DNA of 64,000 bases from an uncultured bacterium (GTDB lineage: Bacteria > Babelota > Babeliae > Babelales > Babelaceae): NCBI GenBank assembly GCA_963819815.1, contig CAWFXL010000001.1:256001-320000 (forward strand), given 5' to 3'. This document shows positions 8,513 to 17,717 of this stretch, piece after piece; position 1 is the stretch's first letter, and every line of letters starts with the position of its first letter. The position numbers were made by a program, and so were the translations under genes. Below the pieces are notes generated by a model. That model worked only from the letters and a program-made list of their open reading frames with translations, was not told the DNA's origin and ran no database searches.

Positions 8513-9868
8513 TGACAGCTCTTTTACGAGCTTTTTGAAGTGTCTTCCACGTTCTTGATAATCTTTATAAAGGTCATAGCTCGCACCTGAGGGTGAAAGG
8601 AGAATGACCTCATCCTTTTTGGCTTGCTGTAGGCAGGCTTTGACTGCCTCATGAAGAGTCTCATGAGCCGATGTGGGGATGCCGTATTTTTTGCAGCCAG
8701 CCTCGAGCTCTTTGGCCTCTTTTCCAAAACATACTGTTGCTGCAATATAGGGCTTAAGTAAACCGATGAGCGCTGCTCTATCAACCCCTTTACTGATACC
8801 ACCAAGGATAAGATGGATGGGGCGAGGTGCTAATGTTGCTACAGCAGCTCTTGTCGCTTCAACAATAGTGGACTTTGAATCATTATAAAAGAGTTTACCC
8901 TCATGAGATCCCACAAATTCAATGCGGTGTTCAAGTGGTGAAAACTCTGGTACTGCAAAAGCATGAGAGGACAGTATACCTAGCATATCTGATACCGTAA
9001 GAAGTATGAGCCAGGTTTCATGGAGCAGCGATTCTCCACGTTGGGCGAGGCTAGAACGAATGGGTAAGGTTGTTGTAGCAAGCTGACCATTCTTTAGACG
9101 TCTACGTGTGAGCGTGGTTCCTTCTAAGGTATACAAGTCATCACCTTCCTGCAGCAATTGAAGCGTCTCAGGTGATGGCTCATCTTGAGTAAAGTAGGTA
9201 CAAGGACGGTTAGTCAGAGCACGTACTTGTGGAGCAAGGTTAAGTGGTAGGAGCATCTTCTGTTCAGGGCGTTGATGCCTAAAGATGTGTGCTTTCGCTT
9301 CAAAATAAGCTTCCAGAGTACCATGCCGATCAAGATGATTGGCATAGAGATTCGTCATAATGGCAAGATCGGGCGCAAAGGTATGCGCAAACTCAAGTTG
9401 GAAGCTTGAGAGCTCCAAAAGGCCATAGTCAACGGTATCTTGGCTAGGAAGAAGATCAAGCATAGCGGTACCTATATTACCGCCTGTGGCGACCGAGAGA
9501 TCGTTTGCTTGAAGAAGTGAAGTAAGCAGGGTAACTAAGGTTGTTTTTCCTAAGGAGCCGGTAACGGCAATGAGCGGCTTGTGCCATCGTGGACCAAAGA
9601 GGGTAAGCTCGTGGACCATCTTGTGCTGGTACTCCTGTGCTTGGGTAAGAGCTATCCCAGGACTCGGGACAAGGAAGTCATTGTCTTTGAAGAATGCTTC
9701 TTGTTCATGAGGCGCATAAGAGCGGACCTGGTAGGTAGTAAGAAATGATTCTTCTTCAGCAGTTAAAGGACGCGCATCGTATACGGAAAGTGAATGCCCT
9801 TGCGCTTGCAGAAAGCGTATTGCCGATCTGCCAACAACTCCAAGACCCCAAATGCCATATCTTTTCAT
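8486..9868 (-). CDS. murD: UDP-N-acetylmuramoyl-L-alanine--D-glutamate ligase
   Basis: GLGVVG, SPGI, TGSLGKTT, GGNIG, ELSSFQLE, NHLDRH, HRIE, NDSKST, LLSPSGASYD..Y.ERG. Confidence 0.95.
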   Translation of the reverse strand: MKRYGIWGLGVVGRSAIRFLQAQGHSLSVYDARPLTAEEESFLTTYQVRSYAPHEQEAFFKDNDFLVPSPGIALTQAQEYQHKMVHELTLFGPRWHKPLIAVTGSLGKTTLVTLLTSLLQANDLSVATGGNIGTAMLDLLPSQDTVDYGLLELSSFQLEFAHTFAPDLAIMTNLYANHLDRHGTLEAYFEAKAHIFRHQRPEQKMLLPLNLAPQVRALTNRPCTYFTQDEPSPETLQLLQEGDDLYTLEGTTLTRRRLKNGQLATTTLPIRSSLAQRGESLLHETWLILLTVSDMLGILSSHAFAVPEFSPLEHRIEFVGSHEGKLFYNDSKSTIVEATRAAVATLAPRPIHLILGGISKGVDRAALIGLLKPYIAATVCFGKEAKELEAGCKKYGIPTSAHETLHEAVKACLQQAKKDEVILLSPSGASYDLYKDYQERGRHFKKLVKELSSNTDIQPK

Positions 9869-10212
9869 AGAAGTACCTTTTTGTGGAGGAATGCTTTTCT
9901 TAAGTATACTAGCCTGCACAGAAAAGTGAATCGATAGATCCATTCATACGGGTATTCTTACATGGGCGAACCCATAGAGGAGTTTATAGGGTATACCATT
10001 AATGGCAGTATTTATGCAAACTGGTGAAATATATATTTTTCAGTAGAGTCTTCAAGTTGTATACAATAATGAGGAAAGGGGAGTATTTCAAAAAACTCTG
10101 ATTGCAAGATCGAGTTCTTTGGAGCTATGGTGGCTTGATGAGTTGTTTGGAAGCACAATAATTCAATGATTAAAAATATGCAGGATGAGATATCCCACCC
10201 TGCATCAGATTC

Positions 10213-10628
10213 TTAGCGACGAAAGCGTATCAAAGCGAGATACCCTGGACCAGCAAGGATAATGGAGAAAAGAATAACAAGTAGGCAGAGCACATATTCA
10301 AAGCCATTGTTTTGAATAAAGAATCCTTGTGATTTGTGAATAAGGATAAGTGCGCCAGCCATTACCGGTATGACCATAAGAGCACCAAGTTCTGCATAAA
10401 TCCCAAGAAGGAGCAGTACTCCGCCAATAAGCTCAGCAAAAGCCGCGAGATAGGCAAGATAGAAGGGGATACCATAGCCTGCCCAATCCATGTTACAAAT
10501 CCGCTTAGTCCTGGACCTCCAAAAAGACCTAGAACTTTTTGGCTTCCATGAGCAATAAAAACAACACCCATCGTTATCCGTAAGAGTGTTAAAGCCCATT
10601 GGGTGCGAGTGGCAGTATTCATCATCAT
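10213..10628 (-). CDS. DoxX family membrane protein (one frameshift near 10485)
   Basis: LLRI.MG..FIAHGSQK.LGLFGGPG in one frame; AELIGG.LLLLG...NNGFEY in the next. Confidence 0.85.
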
Positions 10629-10915
10629 CGAAAGTCTCCTTAACGTAAATAGGGTGTATAACGTAGGGATACTACTTCGTTTAGAGAATTTTTTCAAATT
10701 GTGTTCATGTTTTTGGCATGGATTATTTCAGTCGAACGGTTGAAGATATATGGTGCTTTCATCGAGCTATTAGATGGGAAGTATTTTGCAAGGAGGGGAC
10801 TTTGCTGTAAAATGCGTGAAACTATTGTGTCCATAAAGAGAATTTTGATACTCTTCCGATGGATGCGAAAATGGCGTATCAGCTTATACATTTTATACAT
10901 TTAAAAGGAAGACGA

Positions 10916-11623
10916 ATGAAGAAACACTTCGTAATATTACTTATCATCTGGTCGGCTTCTATTATTGCACAGGTTGGTCCTCAACCATTGTATATCTCAA
11001 ATATTACGCTTATCCCTTCATGTGGGAATACTGCAACGATATCGGTGACTGCTGCTGGTGGTCAACCAACGCTGGATGGTTTCTATACTTACCAGATAGG
11101 TTCTCCGATAAATGAAATTCGGGTTGCAAAAACGGTCACCTTTACTGCTACCAGTGGCTCAATACCCATTTTGCTTATAAGCGATTCTTCATCGAACGCT
11201 CTTAATATAGATCAAGTAGCTTCTTTTACGCCATCTCAAACCACCTCAGTAAGCATGGATGTCAGTACATTACCGCTTGGTAATGGAAAAGGATGTATCC
11301 TTTTAAGTGTTACTAATCCTGGAGGATTAGCAACCAATCTGGTTACTTTTGGTTTGCGGGCTTTTACTCCTACTGATTTGGAGACTCCTTCCGATATCAA
11401 GCAGGTGAAAGAAGCCCCTTTCACGGCTACATTTCTTTCTTTGCCAAGCGCTTTACTTAATGCTTCTGTTGTTAATATCGATGATGGTTGTGCTGAAGGC
11501 TCCACTTTCAATTTCATATTTCCCTTTCCTCAGGGATTGGGAAATGCTCTGAAAGCGTATATATTTAACAAATATTGTAGCTGCCCTCTCAGTAGTTCTG
11601 CGATATCTGTTCCTATACCTTAG
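10916..11623 (+). CDS. Exported beta-rich protein, paralog A (C-terminal AYIFNKYCSC)
   Basis: Signal peptide MKKHF...; strongly similar to 12585-13325. Confidence 0.8.
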   Translation: MKKHFVILLIIWSASIIAQVGPQPLYISNITLIPSCGNTATISVTAAGGQPTLDGFYTYQIGSPINEIRVAKTVTFTATSGSIPILLISDSSSNALNIDQVASFTPSQTTSVSMDVSTLPLGNGKGCILLSVTNPGGLATNLVTFGLRAFTPTDLETPSDIKQVKEAPFTATFLSLPSALLNASVVNIDDGCAEGSTFNFIFPFPQGLGNALKAYIFNKYCSCPLSSSAISVPIP

Positions 11624-11680
11624 CCTTAAGAATAATAAGCTTCTTGTCATAGGGAATACTGAAGTATCCTTGTAGATTAG

Positions 11681-12043
11681 TATCTCAATAAAACAGGTGC
11701 CTGTTTTATTGAGATATTCTATGTGTTTTGCAGGCTCAGGGAAAAACGTTATTGTCGAGATCATCAAATCCATAGCTTAATTTCGGCAGCATTCTTGCAA
11801 ATTTGACGTCTTAATCAGGATAATAAAAACATTTCCCACAATCACTATTAAATGGACTGATTAGAGCTGTCATTTCCTGGATATGTCACGCAAGATTATT
11901 TAATAGTAAAATGCTATGCTCAATTGTTTCATCAATTAATTACAATGGTAACAATCATTGCAAGAACTATAACTCAAACATCTCAATAAAACAGGTACCT
12001 GTTTTTATAGACAGATCATGAAAACAGGTACCTGTTTTATTGA
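11681..12043. repeat. Three copies of palindrome AAAACAGGT(A/G)CCTGTTTT
   Basis: 11681-11716 (17-bp arms), 11988-12005, 12021-12038. Confidence 0.85.
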
Positions 12044-12584
12044 CTTTATCCAAAGTCGTGAAATGTTTCTAGCATCAACCTTACCCCAGGAGTGATCTAT
12101 GGAACATACCAGCAAGGCTTTTCTTATTTTATAGCCAGAAACCCCCATGGCCTGTTAAGCCTGGGGATGAATGGCAATCCTTACCATTTTACCTTATGAG
12201 TGAGCTACATCGATTATGCGATTAGATTAAGAAATATGAAGACAGATACCTGTTCTCAACCCAAAGGGGACGATAGTATACTAATAGCTTGAGGTTCATC
12301 AGATATCCCCAAAAAAATTCATCAATGCCAAAAAAATCGCTAAGGCATGCGCGCTTCCTGGCCTCCAATAGAACCCCTACATGGCTCTTCACATTAGATC
12401 CATTTTCGGGAATCAAACGATAGATAAAAGCTCTAAAGTAGCTAATTGGATGCAAGGAATGAAAAGGTATAAAAAAGTTAAAGAAACCATTGCATGTATG
12501 CAAACAACTTTGGTATCTTTTCATGGATGCGAAAAATGATCCATCAAGGAAATGTAAATCTTAACTTTACTCAAAGGAAGACGA

Positions 12585-13325
12585 ATGAAGAAGCTTATCA
12601 TACTACTCGCGATTTATTCAGCATCGATGATTGCTCAGGTTGGTCCTCAGCCATTATATTTCTCAAATATTACCATTACTCCTACACCAGGATCATGCGA
12701 TGTAGCTGTAGGTAAAGCAACTGCAACTATATCGGTGACTGCCGCGGGTGGGCAGCCAGCAGCAGATGGTTCATATATCTATATAGTGAATGGTAATACC
12801 AATCAGGCCATAGTTGCAAAGACTGCTACATTCACCGCTCTTGAAAACGAAGCTGTTAGCGTGATAGTAGTCGATGCAGGGCAGAATACTTTATTCGTAT
12901 TTGGAGGCACACCAGTAGTTATGTTTAAACGAAGTGCGACAACATCGGTGAGCATGGATGTGGTTTCGTTACCTCTTGGTAATAATCCTGGTTGTTTCAG
13001 GTTAACCGTTATTAATCCTGCTGGTAAGGCAACCGGTACGGTAAACTTTACAGCCCAATCCGTAACTCAGAATGAATCATTAACTGAAACTATCCTTGAG
13101 CAAACACTCCAGGCACCGCCCTTTACTGTCACATTTCCTTCTTTGCCGGCTGCATTTATTATTGCCGAGGTTGCGGTTGCAGATGATTGCGGATCGGGCG
13201 GTTCATCCACCTTCAGCTTTAACTTTCCTTTTCCACAAGGATTTGGAAATGCTTTGAATGCATATATATTTAACAAATATTGTAGCTGCCCTCTGAGCAG
13301 TACAGCAATAGTGATACACCCATAA
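12585..13325 (+). CDS. Exported beta-rich protein, paralog B (C-terminal AYIFNKYCSC)
   Basis: Signal peptide; AQVGPQPLY and FPFPQG.GNAL.AYIFNKYCSCPLSS shared with paralog A. Confidence 0.8.
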   Translation: MKKLIILLAIYSASMIAQVGPQPLYFSNITITPTPGSCDVAVGKATATISVTAAGGQPAADGSYIYIVNGNTNQAIVAKTATFTALENEAVSVIVVDAGQNTLFVFGGTPVVMFKRSATTSVSMDVVSLPLGNNPGCFRLTVINPAGKATGTVNFTAQSVTQNESLTETILEQTLQAPPFTVTFPSLPAAFIIAEVAVADDCGSGGSSTFSFNFPFPQGFGNALNAYIFNKYCSCPLSSTAIVIHP

Positions 13326-13458
13326 AGTTTCATAAGTTTGTTCGTATATCCAGGCATGCCTGATCACGCTTGGATATGGGCATGATTTCAAAATTGGTCC
13401 TATCATGATGTAGGTATTCCAACAAGTCTAGCACTAGGGTGTCTAGATTTTGAGCAGT

Positions 13459-14151
13459 TTATGACCTGAGCAAATTCTCAAAGGCACTCAGAAAATGGCT
13501 CATATACGCATTAACCTTGTCATCTTCTTGGTACTTCTTAAAAAGCGGTAATGCCTGAGCTAACTCATCATAGGGAATACTGAAATATCCTTTGTGCGAT
13601 GCTACTTTGTTCTCAAGTAGCATGAGGGGAGATTGTTTGAAGTAACTTCTCTGAACACGATGCCAGGCAATTCTTTTGATGAAGTTAACTCCGTAGTCTT
13701 GCTCTTCGGCATCATATCTAATGAGTGCATGGCGAATCTGAGCTCTATCAAGAAGATGGTAACACAACTCATCTTCAATCATCTTAAGAAAGAGGGCTTT
13801 TCTTTTTGGTATCTCAGATAAATGCTCATAGATCTTGTCGTGCCGCGCAATGATTTCACGCTGTTCATCAACATAGGCATGAAAAAGCATACCGGCATGA
13901 AAGGGGCTTGAAGCATTTTTTACTTGGTCAAGAGTTACGTCCTTTGCATGGGTCTTTTCACGAGAAATATGGCCTATGTACCGAATGTCAGGAAATAGAG
14001 TGCCGCGCATAAAAGCATCGCGCTCTGCAGGAGTATACGTAGGCTTTACGTGCTTGAAATACAGCTCTGCACAAAGCGCATGTACGACAGGACCGGCGGC
14101 ATGCAGGGTGACGCAGAGCATGAGAGAAAAAGTTAAGAAACGAATATTCAT
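13459..14151 (-). CDS. Exported protein, possibly zinc-dependent phospholipase C-like helical metallohydrolase
   Basis: Signal peptide then H..H, F.RG..FPDIRY, TH, G..FHAYVD pattern. Confidence 0.55.
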   Translation of the reverse strand: MNIRFLTFSLMLCVTLHAAGPVVHALCAELYFKHVKPTYTPAERDAFMRGTLFPDIRYIGHISREKTHAKDVTLDQVKNASSPFHAGMLFHAYVDEQREIIARHDKIYEHLSEIPKRKALFLKMIEDELCYHLLDRAQIRHALIRYDAEEQDYGVNFIKRIAWHRVQRSYFKQSPLMLLENKVASHKGYFSIPYDELAQALPLFKKYQEDDKVNAYMSHFLSAFENLLRS

Positions 14152-14280
14152 GAGTTTCTTTCGAGTTATAAGGCCATCTTAAGAATACGCTAAATGGCCA
14201 GCCTAATCTATCTGGATCTAAAACTTTTTGCAGAATATGGTATACTAGAGTATTGCAAATCGAATTTGAAAGGGGTTCTC

Positions 14281-17199
14281 ATGGCTCAAGATACGCAGGA
14301 TACCGTACGCAAAAGTTTTAAGGATACGCTCAATTTGCCGCAAACTGAGTTTCCTATTCGCGCGCAGCCAAAGGTTGAAGATGCTGAACTTCTGAGCCGC
14401 TGGCTCAAGGAAGATCTCTATCGTAAAACTTTTGAACTCAATGAAGGCAATACGTCCTATATTTTGCACGATGGGCCTCCCTATGCAAACGGCCATATCC
14501 ATCTTGGGCATGCCTATAATAAAGTTTTAAAAGATATTATGACCAAATCCCGCCGGATGATGGGTTATCATGTACCTATTACGCCAGGCTGGGACTGTCA
14601 TGGACTTCCTATCGAACTCAAAGTATTACAAGAGCATCCTGGCCTTAAAGCGCTTGAGCTTATGAAGGCCTGTAGGACCTATGCGCAGCATTGGATCGAT
14701 GTGCAAAAGTCTGAGTTTAGAAATCTCGGGGTCTGTATGGACTGGGAACGGCCGTACATCACTATGAGCCCCTCCTATGAAGCGGCTACAGTACGTGCGT
14801 TAGGAATCCTAGTAGAGCATGGCTTTGTTGAACGAAAAAACAAGACCGTTCCCTGGTGCTTTCATGATGAAACGGTGCTCGCTACTGCTGAAATAGAATA
14901 TAAAGATCGCAAAGATCCTTCAGTATATGTGGCTTTTGATCTTCATGAGAAAGATGCAAAGAAACTGTTTCCTTCAGTACAAGGCCAGGTGAGTGTGATT
15001 GTATGGACCACGACACCATGGACCTTGCCGCTCAACAGGGCAGTGCTTGCAAGGCCACAGGCTATCTATGTATTACTTGACCTTGGTGGCCGCTATGGCC
15101 TGGTGGGTAAACAGGCTGCTGAAGGGCTGTGTAAGCTTCTGGGTATCGAAGAAAAAATTGTCCAAGAAATTCCCGCTCAAACTTTAGAAGGGCTCTTAGT
15201 ACTCCATCCGATTACAAGGAGTGTTGTGCCTCTTATATTAGACGACTCAGTAGGCCTTACTGAAGGGACAGCCTTTGTGCATTGTGCGCCTGGCTGCGGT
15301 CCTTTGGACTATGAGATCGGCGTTAAAAATGCACTGGAGATTTATTCACCGATATCTTCAGATGGCTGCTATACCGACCTTATCCAACCTGAAGAGCTTG
15401 CCGGCATGAAAGTGACTGACGGTCAATGGTGGGTCATCAAAAAATTAACGGAGGATGGGAAGCTTATCTACAAAGGGTCGATCACGCACAGCTACCCGCA
15501 TTGTTGGCGCTGTCATAATGGACTCATATTCAGAGCAACTCCTCAATGGTTCTTTGACCTTGAACGAAAAAACATTAAACAGCAGGTGCTTGATGCAATC
15601 GATAATCTGATAGCATTTATACCACCTCAGGGGCGTCGATTTCTTCGTGCGACCGTTGAGAATCGTTGGGAATGGTGCCTTTCTCGGCAGCGCATGTGGG
15701 GAACGCCAATTCCCGCACTTATCTGCACTTCATGCGACAAAGCCTATCTTGACCAGGAACTTATTTTTAAGGTGGCGAAGGGCATAGAAAAAGAGGGGAT
15801 CGAATATTGGCACAAGGTGCCTTTGAAGGATCTTGTACCCCATATGACCTGTTCAATCTGCGGTAATACTGACTTCAAAAAAGAGTTTGATATCTTAGAT
15901 GTCTGGCTTGATGCGGGCGTGAGCAACTATGCTGTCCTCTGTAATAATCCCCGTCTTGGGTTTCCGGCAGATCTGTATCTTGAAGGAACTGATCAGTATC
16001 GTGGATGGTTCCAAAGTTCACTCATTATGAGTATGGTGATCAACCAAGAGCCCTGTACCAAAGCCTTTATGACGCATGGCTTTACGGTGGATGAAAAGGG
16101 CCATAAGATGTCGAAGTCTCTTGGTAATGTAGTTGCACCTCAAGAAATAATCGATTCCCTAGGTACCGATGGCTTGCGACTGTGGGTTGCCAGTATTGGC
16201 CATGAAAGTGATGCAGTCGTGTCTGATATGCTCATGAAGAACATCCAGGAAGTTAATAGAAAGATTCGCAATACGCTGCGCTTCTTGCTTTCAAATCTCT
16301 ATGACTTTGAACTTGAGCGGGATGCAGTGCCTGTTGACCTTCTTTTGCCGATAGATCATTATGCACTTGCGCGTCTGAATGACCTCAATGCTACGATTAT
16401 TCAGGCGTATAAGGATGGAGACTTTACAAGAGTATTTCATGAGCTGGCTCAGTATACTTCGGTAGAGCTGAGCTCCTACTATTTAGATATCGTAAAGGAC
16501 CGTCTTTACTGCGAAGGAGCAGATACACGCCCGCGCCGTTCGGTTCAGACAGCACTCGCTATCATCCTTGATACCTTGACGCGCCTTATTGCGCCGATTA
16601 TGTCATTTACGGCAGAGCATGTATCTGATTATTATCAGAAGAATAAGAAGGGGTCTATTCATCTGCAGCCTTTTGTTGATCCGCAGAAGTTGCATGACTT
16701 TGTATATGGCAAAAATGAGACGATGGGCTTTAGTGATGTGTGGGTAGGCTCCTTAGTAAACCTCATTCCAAAAGTTACTGAAGGCCAACGTGAACTTGGG
16801 TTCTTTACCCAATGGACAACGTTGAAAGATATCCGGAATGTTCTTTTGAAGGCTCTTGAAATTGAGCGGGAAAAGGGCATTATTAAGCATTCATTAGAAG
16901 CAGCGATGACGGTATATATTGATACCAAGAAACCGGAGTTTGAAAACCTTCCAGAGCTCTTTAAAGCTTTAGAGGCTCGTGGTACCACTCAAGAAGAGTT
17001 CTTCGCAGAGTTCCTCATCGTATCTCAGTTCCATTGCGCACAGACCAAAGAAGGTCTTGATGCTACGACTGATGATGGAATTTATGTTAAAGTAACTCCT
17101 GCAAAAGGCGATAAGTGCCCCCGCTGCTGGAAGTATGATGAGACGCGCAATATTGACAAGCTATGCCATCGCTGCGAAGAGGTTCTTGCCAACAATTAA
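14281..17199 (+). CDS. ileS: Isoleucine--tRNA ligase
   Basis: HDGPPYANG, HLGH, GWDCHGLPIE, WTTTPWTLP, KMSKS, C-terminal CPRCW...CHRC. Confidence 0.97.
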   Translation: MAQDTQDTVRKSFKDTLNLPQTEFPIRAQPKVEDAELLSRWLKEDLYRKTFELNEGNTSYILHDGPPYANGHIHLGHAYNKVLKDIMTKSRRMMGYHVPITPGWDCHGLPIELKVLQEHPGLKALELMKACRTYAQHWIDVQKSEFRNLGVCMDWERPYITMSPSYEAATVRALGILVEHGFVERKNKTVPWCFHDETVLATAEIEYKDRKDPSVYVAFDLHEKDAKKLFPSVQGQVSVIVWTTTPWTLPLNRAVLARPQAIYVLLDLGGRYGLVGKQAAEGLCKLLGIEEKIVQEIPAQTLEGLLVLHPITRSVVPLILDDSVGLTEGTAFVHCAPGCGPLDYEIGVKNALEIYSPISSDGCYTDLIQPEELAGMKVTDGQWWVIKKLTEDGKLIYKGSITHSYPHCWRCHNGLIFRATPQWFFDLERKNIKQQVLDAIDNLIAFIPPQGRRFLRATVENRWEWCLSRQRMWGTPIPALICTSCDKAYLDQELIFKVAKGIEKEGIEYWHKVPLKDLVPHMTCSICGNTDFKKEFDILDVWLDAGVSNYAVLCNNPRLGFPADLYLEGTDQYRGWFQSSLIMSMVINQEPCTKAFMTHGFTVDEKGHKMSKSLGNVVAPQEIIDSLGTDGLRLWVASIGHESDAVVSDMLMKNIQEVNRKIRNTLRFLLSNLYDFELERDAVPVDLLLPIDHYALARLNDLNATIIQAYKDGDFTRVFHELAQYTSVELSSYYLDIVKDRLYCEGADTRPRRSVQTALAIILDTLTRLIAPIMSFTAEHVSDYYQKNKKGSIHLQPFVDPQKLHDFVYGKNETMGFSDVWVGSLVNLIPKVTEGQRELGFFTQWTTLKDIRNVLLKALEIEREKGIIKHSLEAAMTVYIDTKKPEFENLPELFKALEARGTTQEEFFAEFLIVSQFHCAQTKEGLDATTDDGIYVKVTPAKGDKCPRCWKYDETRNIDKLCHRCEEVLANN

Positions 17200-17606
17200 C
17201 TCAATACTTCAATATAGGGGCGGATGAACGGTCGTTCTTCTGCGTGCTTTTCAAGGAGCTCTTTGCCAATGGGAGACTCAAGAAGGAGGGTGATGGCTCT
17301 TTTCTGTGCCTCTGCATAGATACGAGAACGATATGAACCGTCTCGATAGGCATACCGAGAAAACAGTTTTGATAGGATGCCTTCAAGTAAGTCGTTTTCG
17401 TCATCATCTGGCTGCTCTTTGGACAAAATATCTTGTAGTACCTGAAGATACAGTTCTAGTCCTTCAAGAGATTCATGAGGACCGTATCCTTCAAGGGCAT
17501 CTATCTGCTCAAGAGTATGATCAAGCTGTTTAAGGACCATCTTTGGCTCAGAGTGTGCGTGGAAAGAGATACTTGCACATACTAAGAGAAGTAATACAAT
17601 AGGCAT
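17196..17606 (-). CDS. Hypothetical exported protein
   Basis: AAGGAG RBS, signal peptide MPIVLLLL... Confidence 0.7.
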   Translation of the reverse strand: MPIVLLLLVCASISFHAHSEPKMVLKQLDHTLEQIDALEGYGPHESLEGLELYLQVLQDILSKEQPDDDENDLLEGILSKLFSRYAYRDGSYRSRIYAEAQKRAITLLLESPIGKELLEKHAEERPFIRPYIEVLS

Positions 17607-17667
17607 ATACCTACTCCTTTGTGTGAGACGTCTTATAGAAAGCGTACAGTACATGGTTAGAAGACGC

Positions 17668-17695
17668 AACTGGCCCGGAATTTTCCGGACCAGTT
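17668..17695. terminator. Hairpin between the two minus-strand genes
   Basis: aactggcccggaa / ttccggaccagtt imperfect inverted repeat. Confidence 0.5.
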
Positions 17696-17717
17696 AGTTG
17701 TTTATGATAAGAAACTC

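Noticed and set aside
12138..12175. IS200/IS605-like end hairpin (CCCCATGGC...GCCTGGGG)
   Set aside because: Resemblance only; no tnpA or tnpB remnant recognised nearby
12222..12524. 100-aa minus-strand ORF between the paralogs
   Set aside because: No recognisable motif or RBS; may be a decayed fragment but cannot be supported
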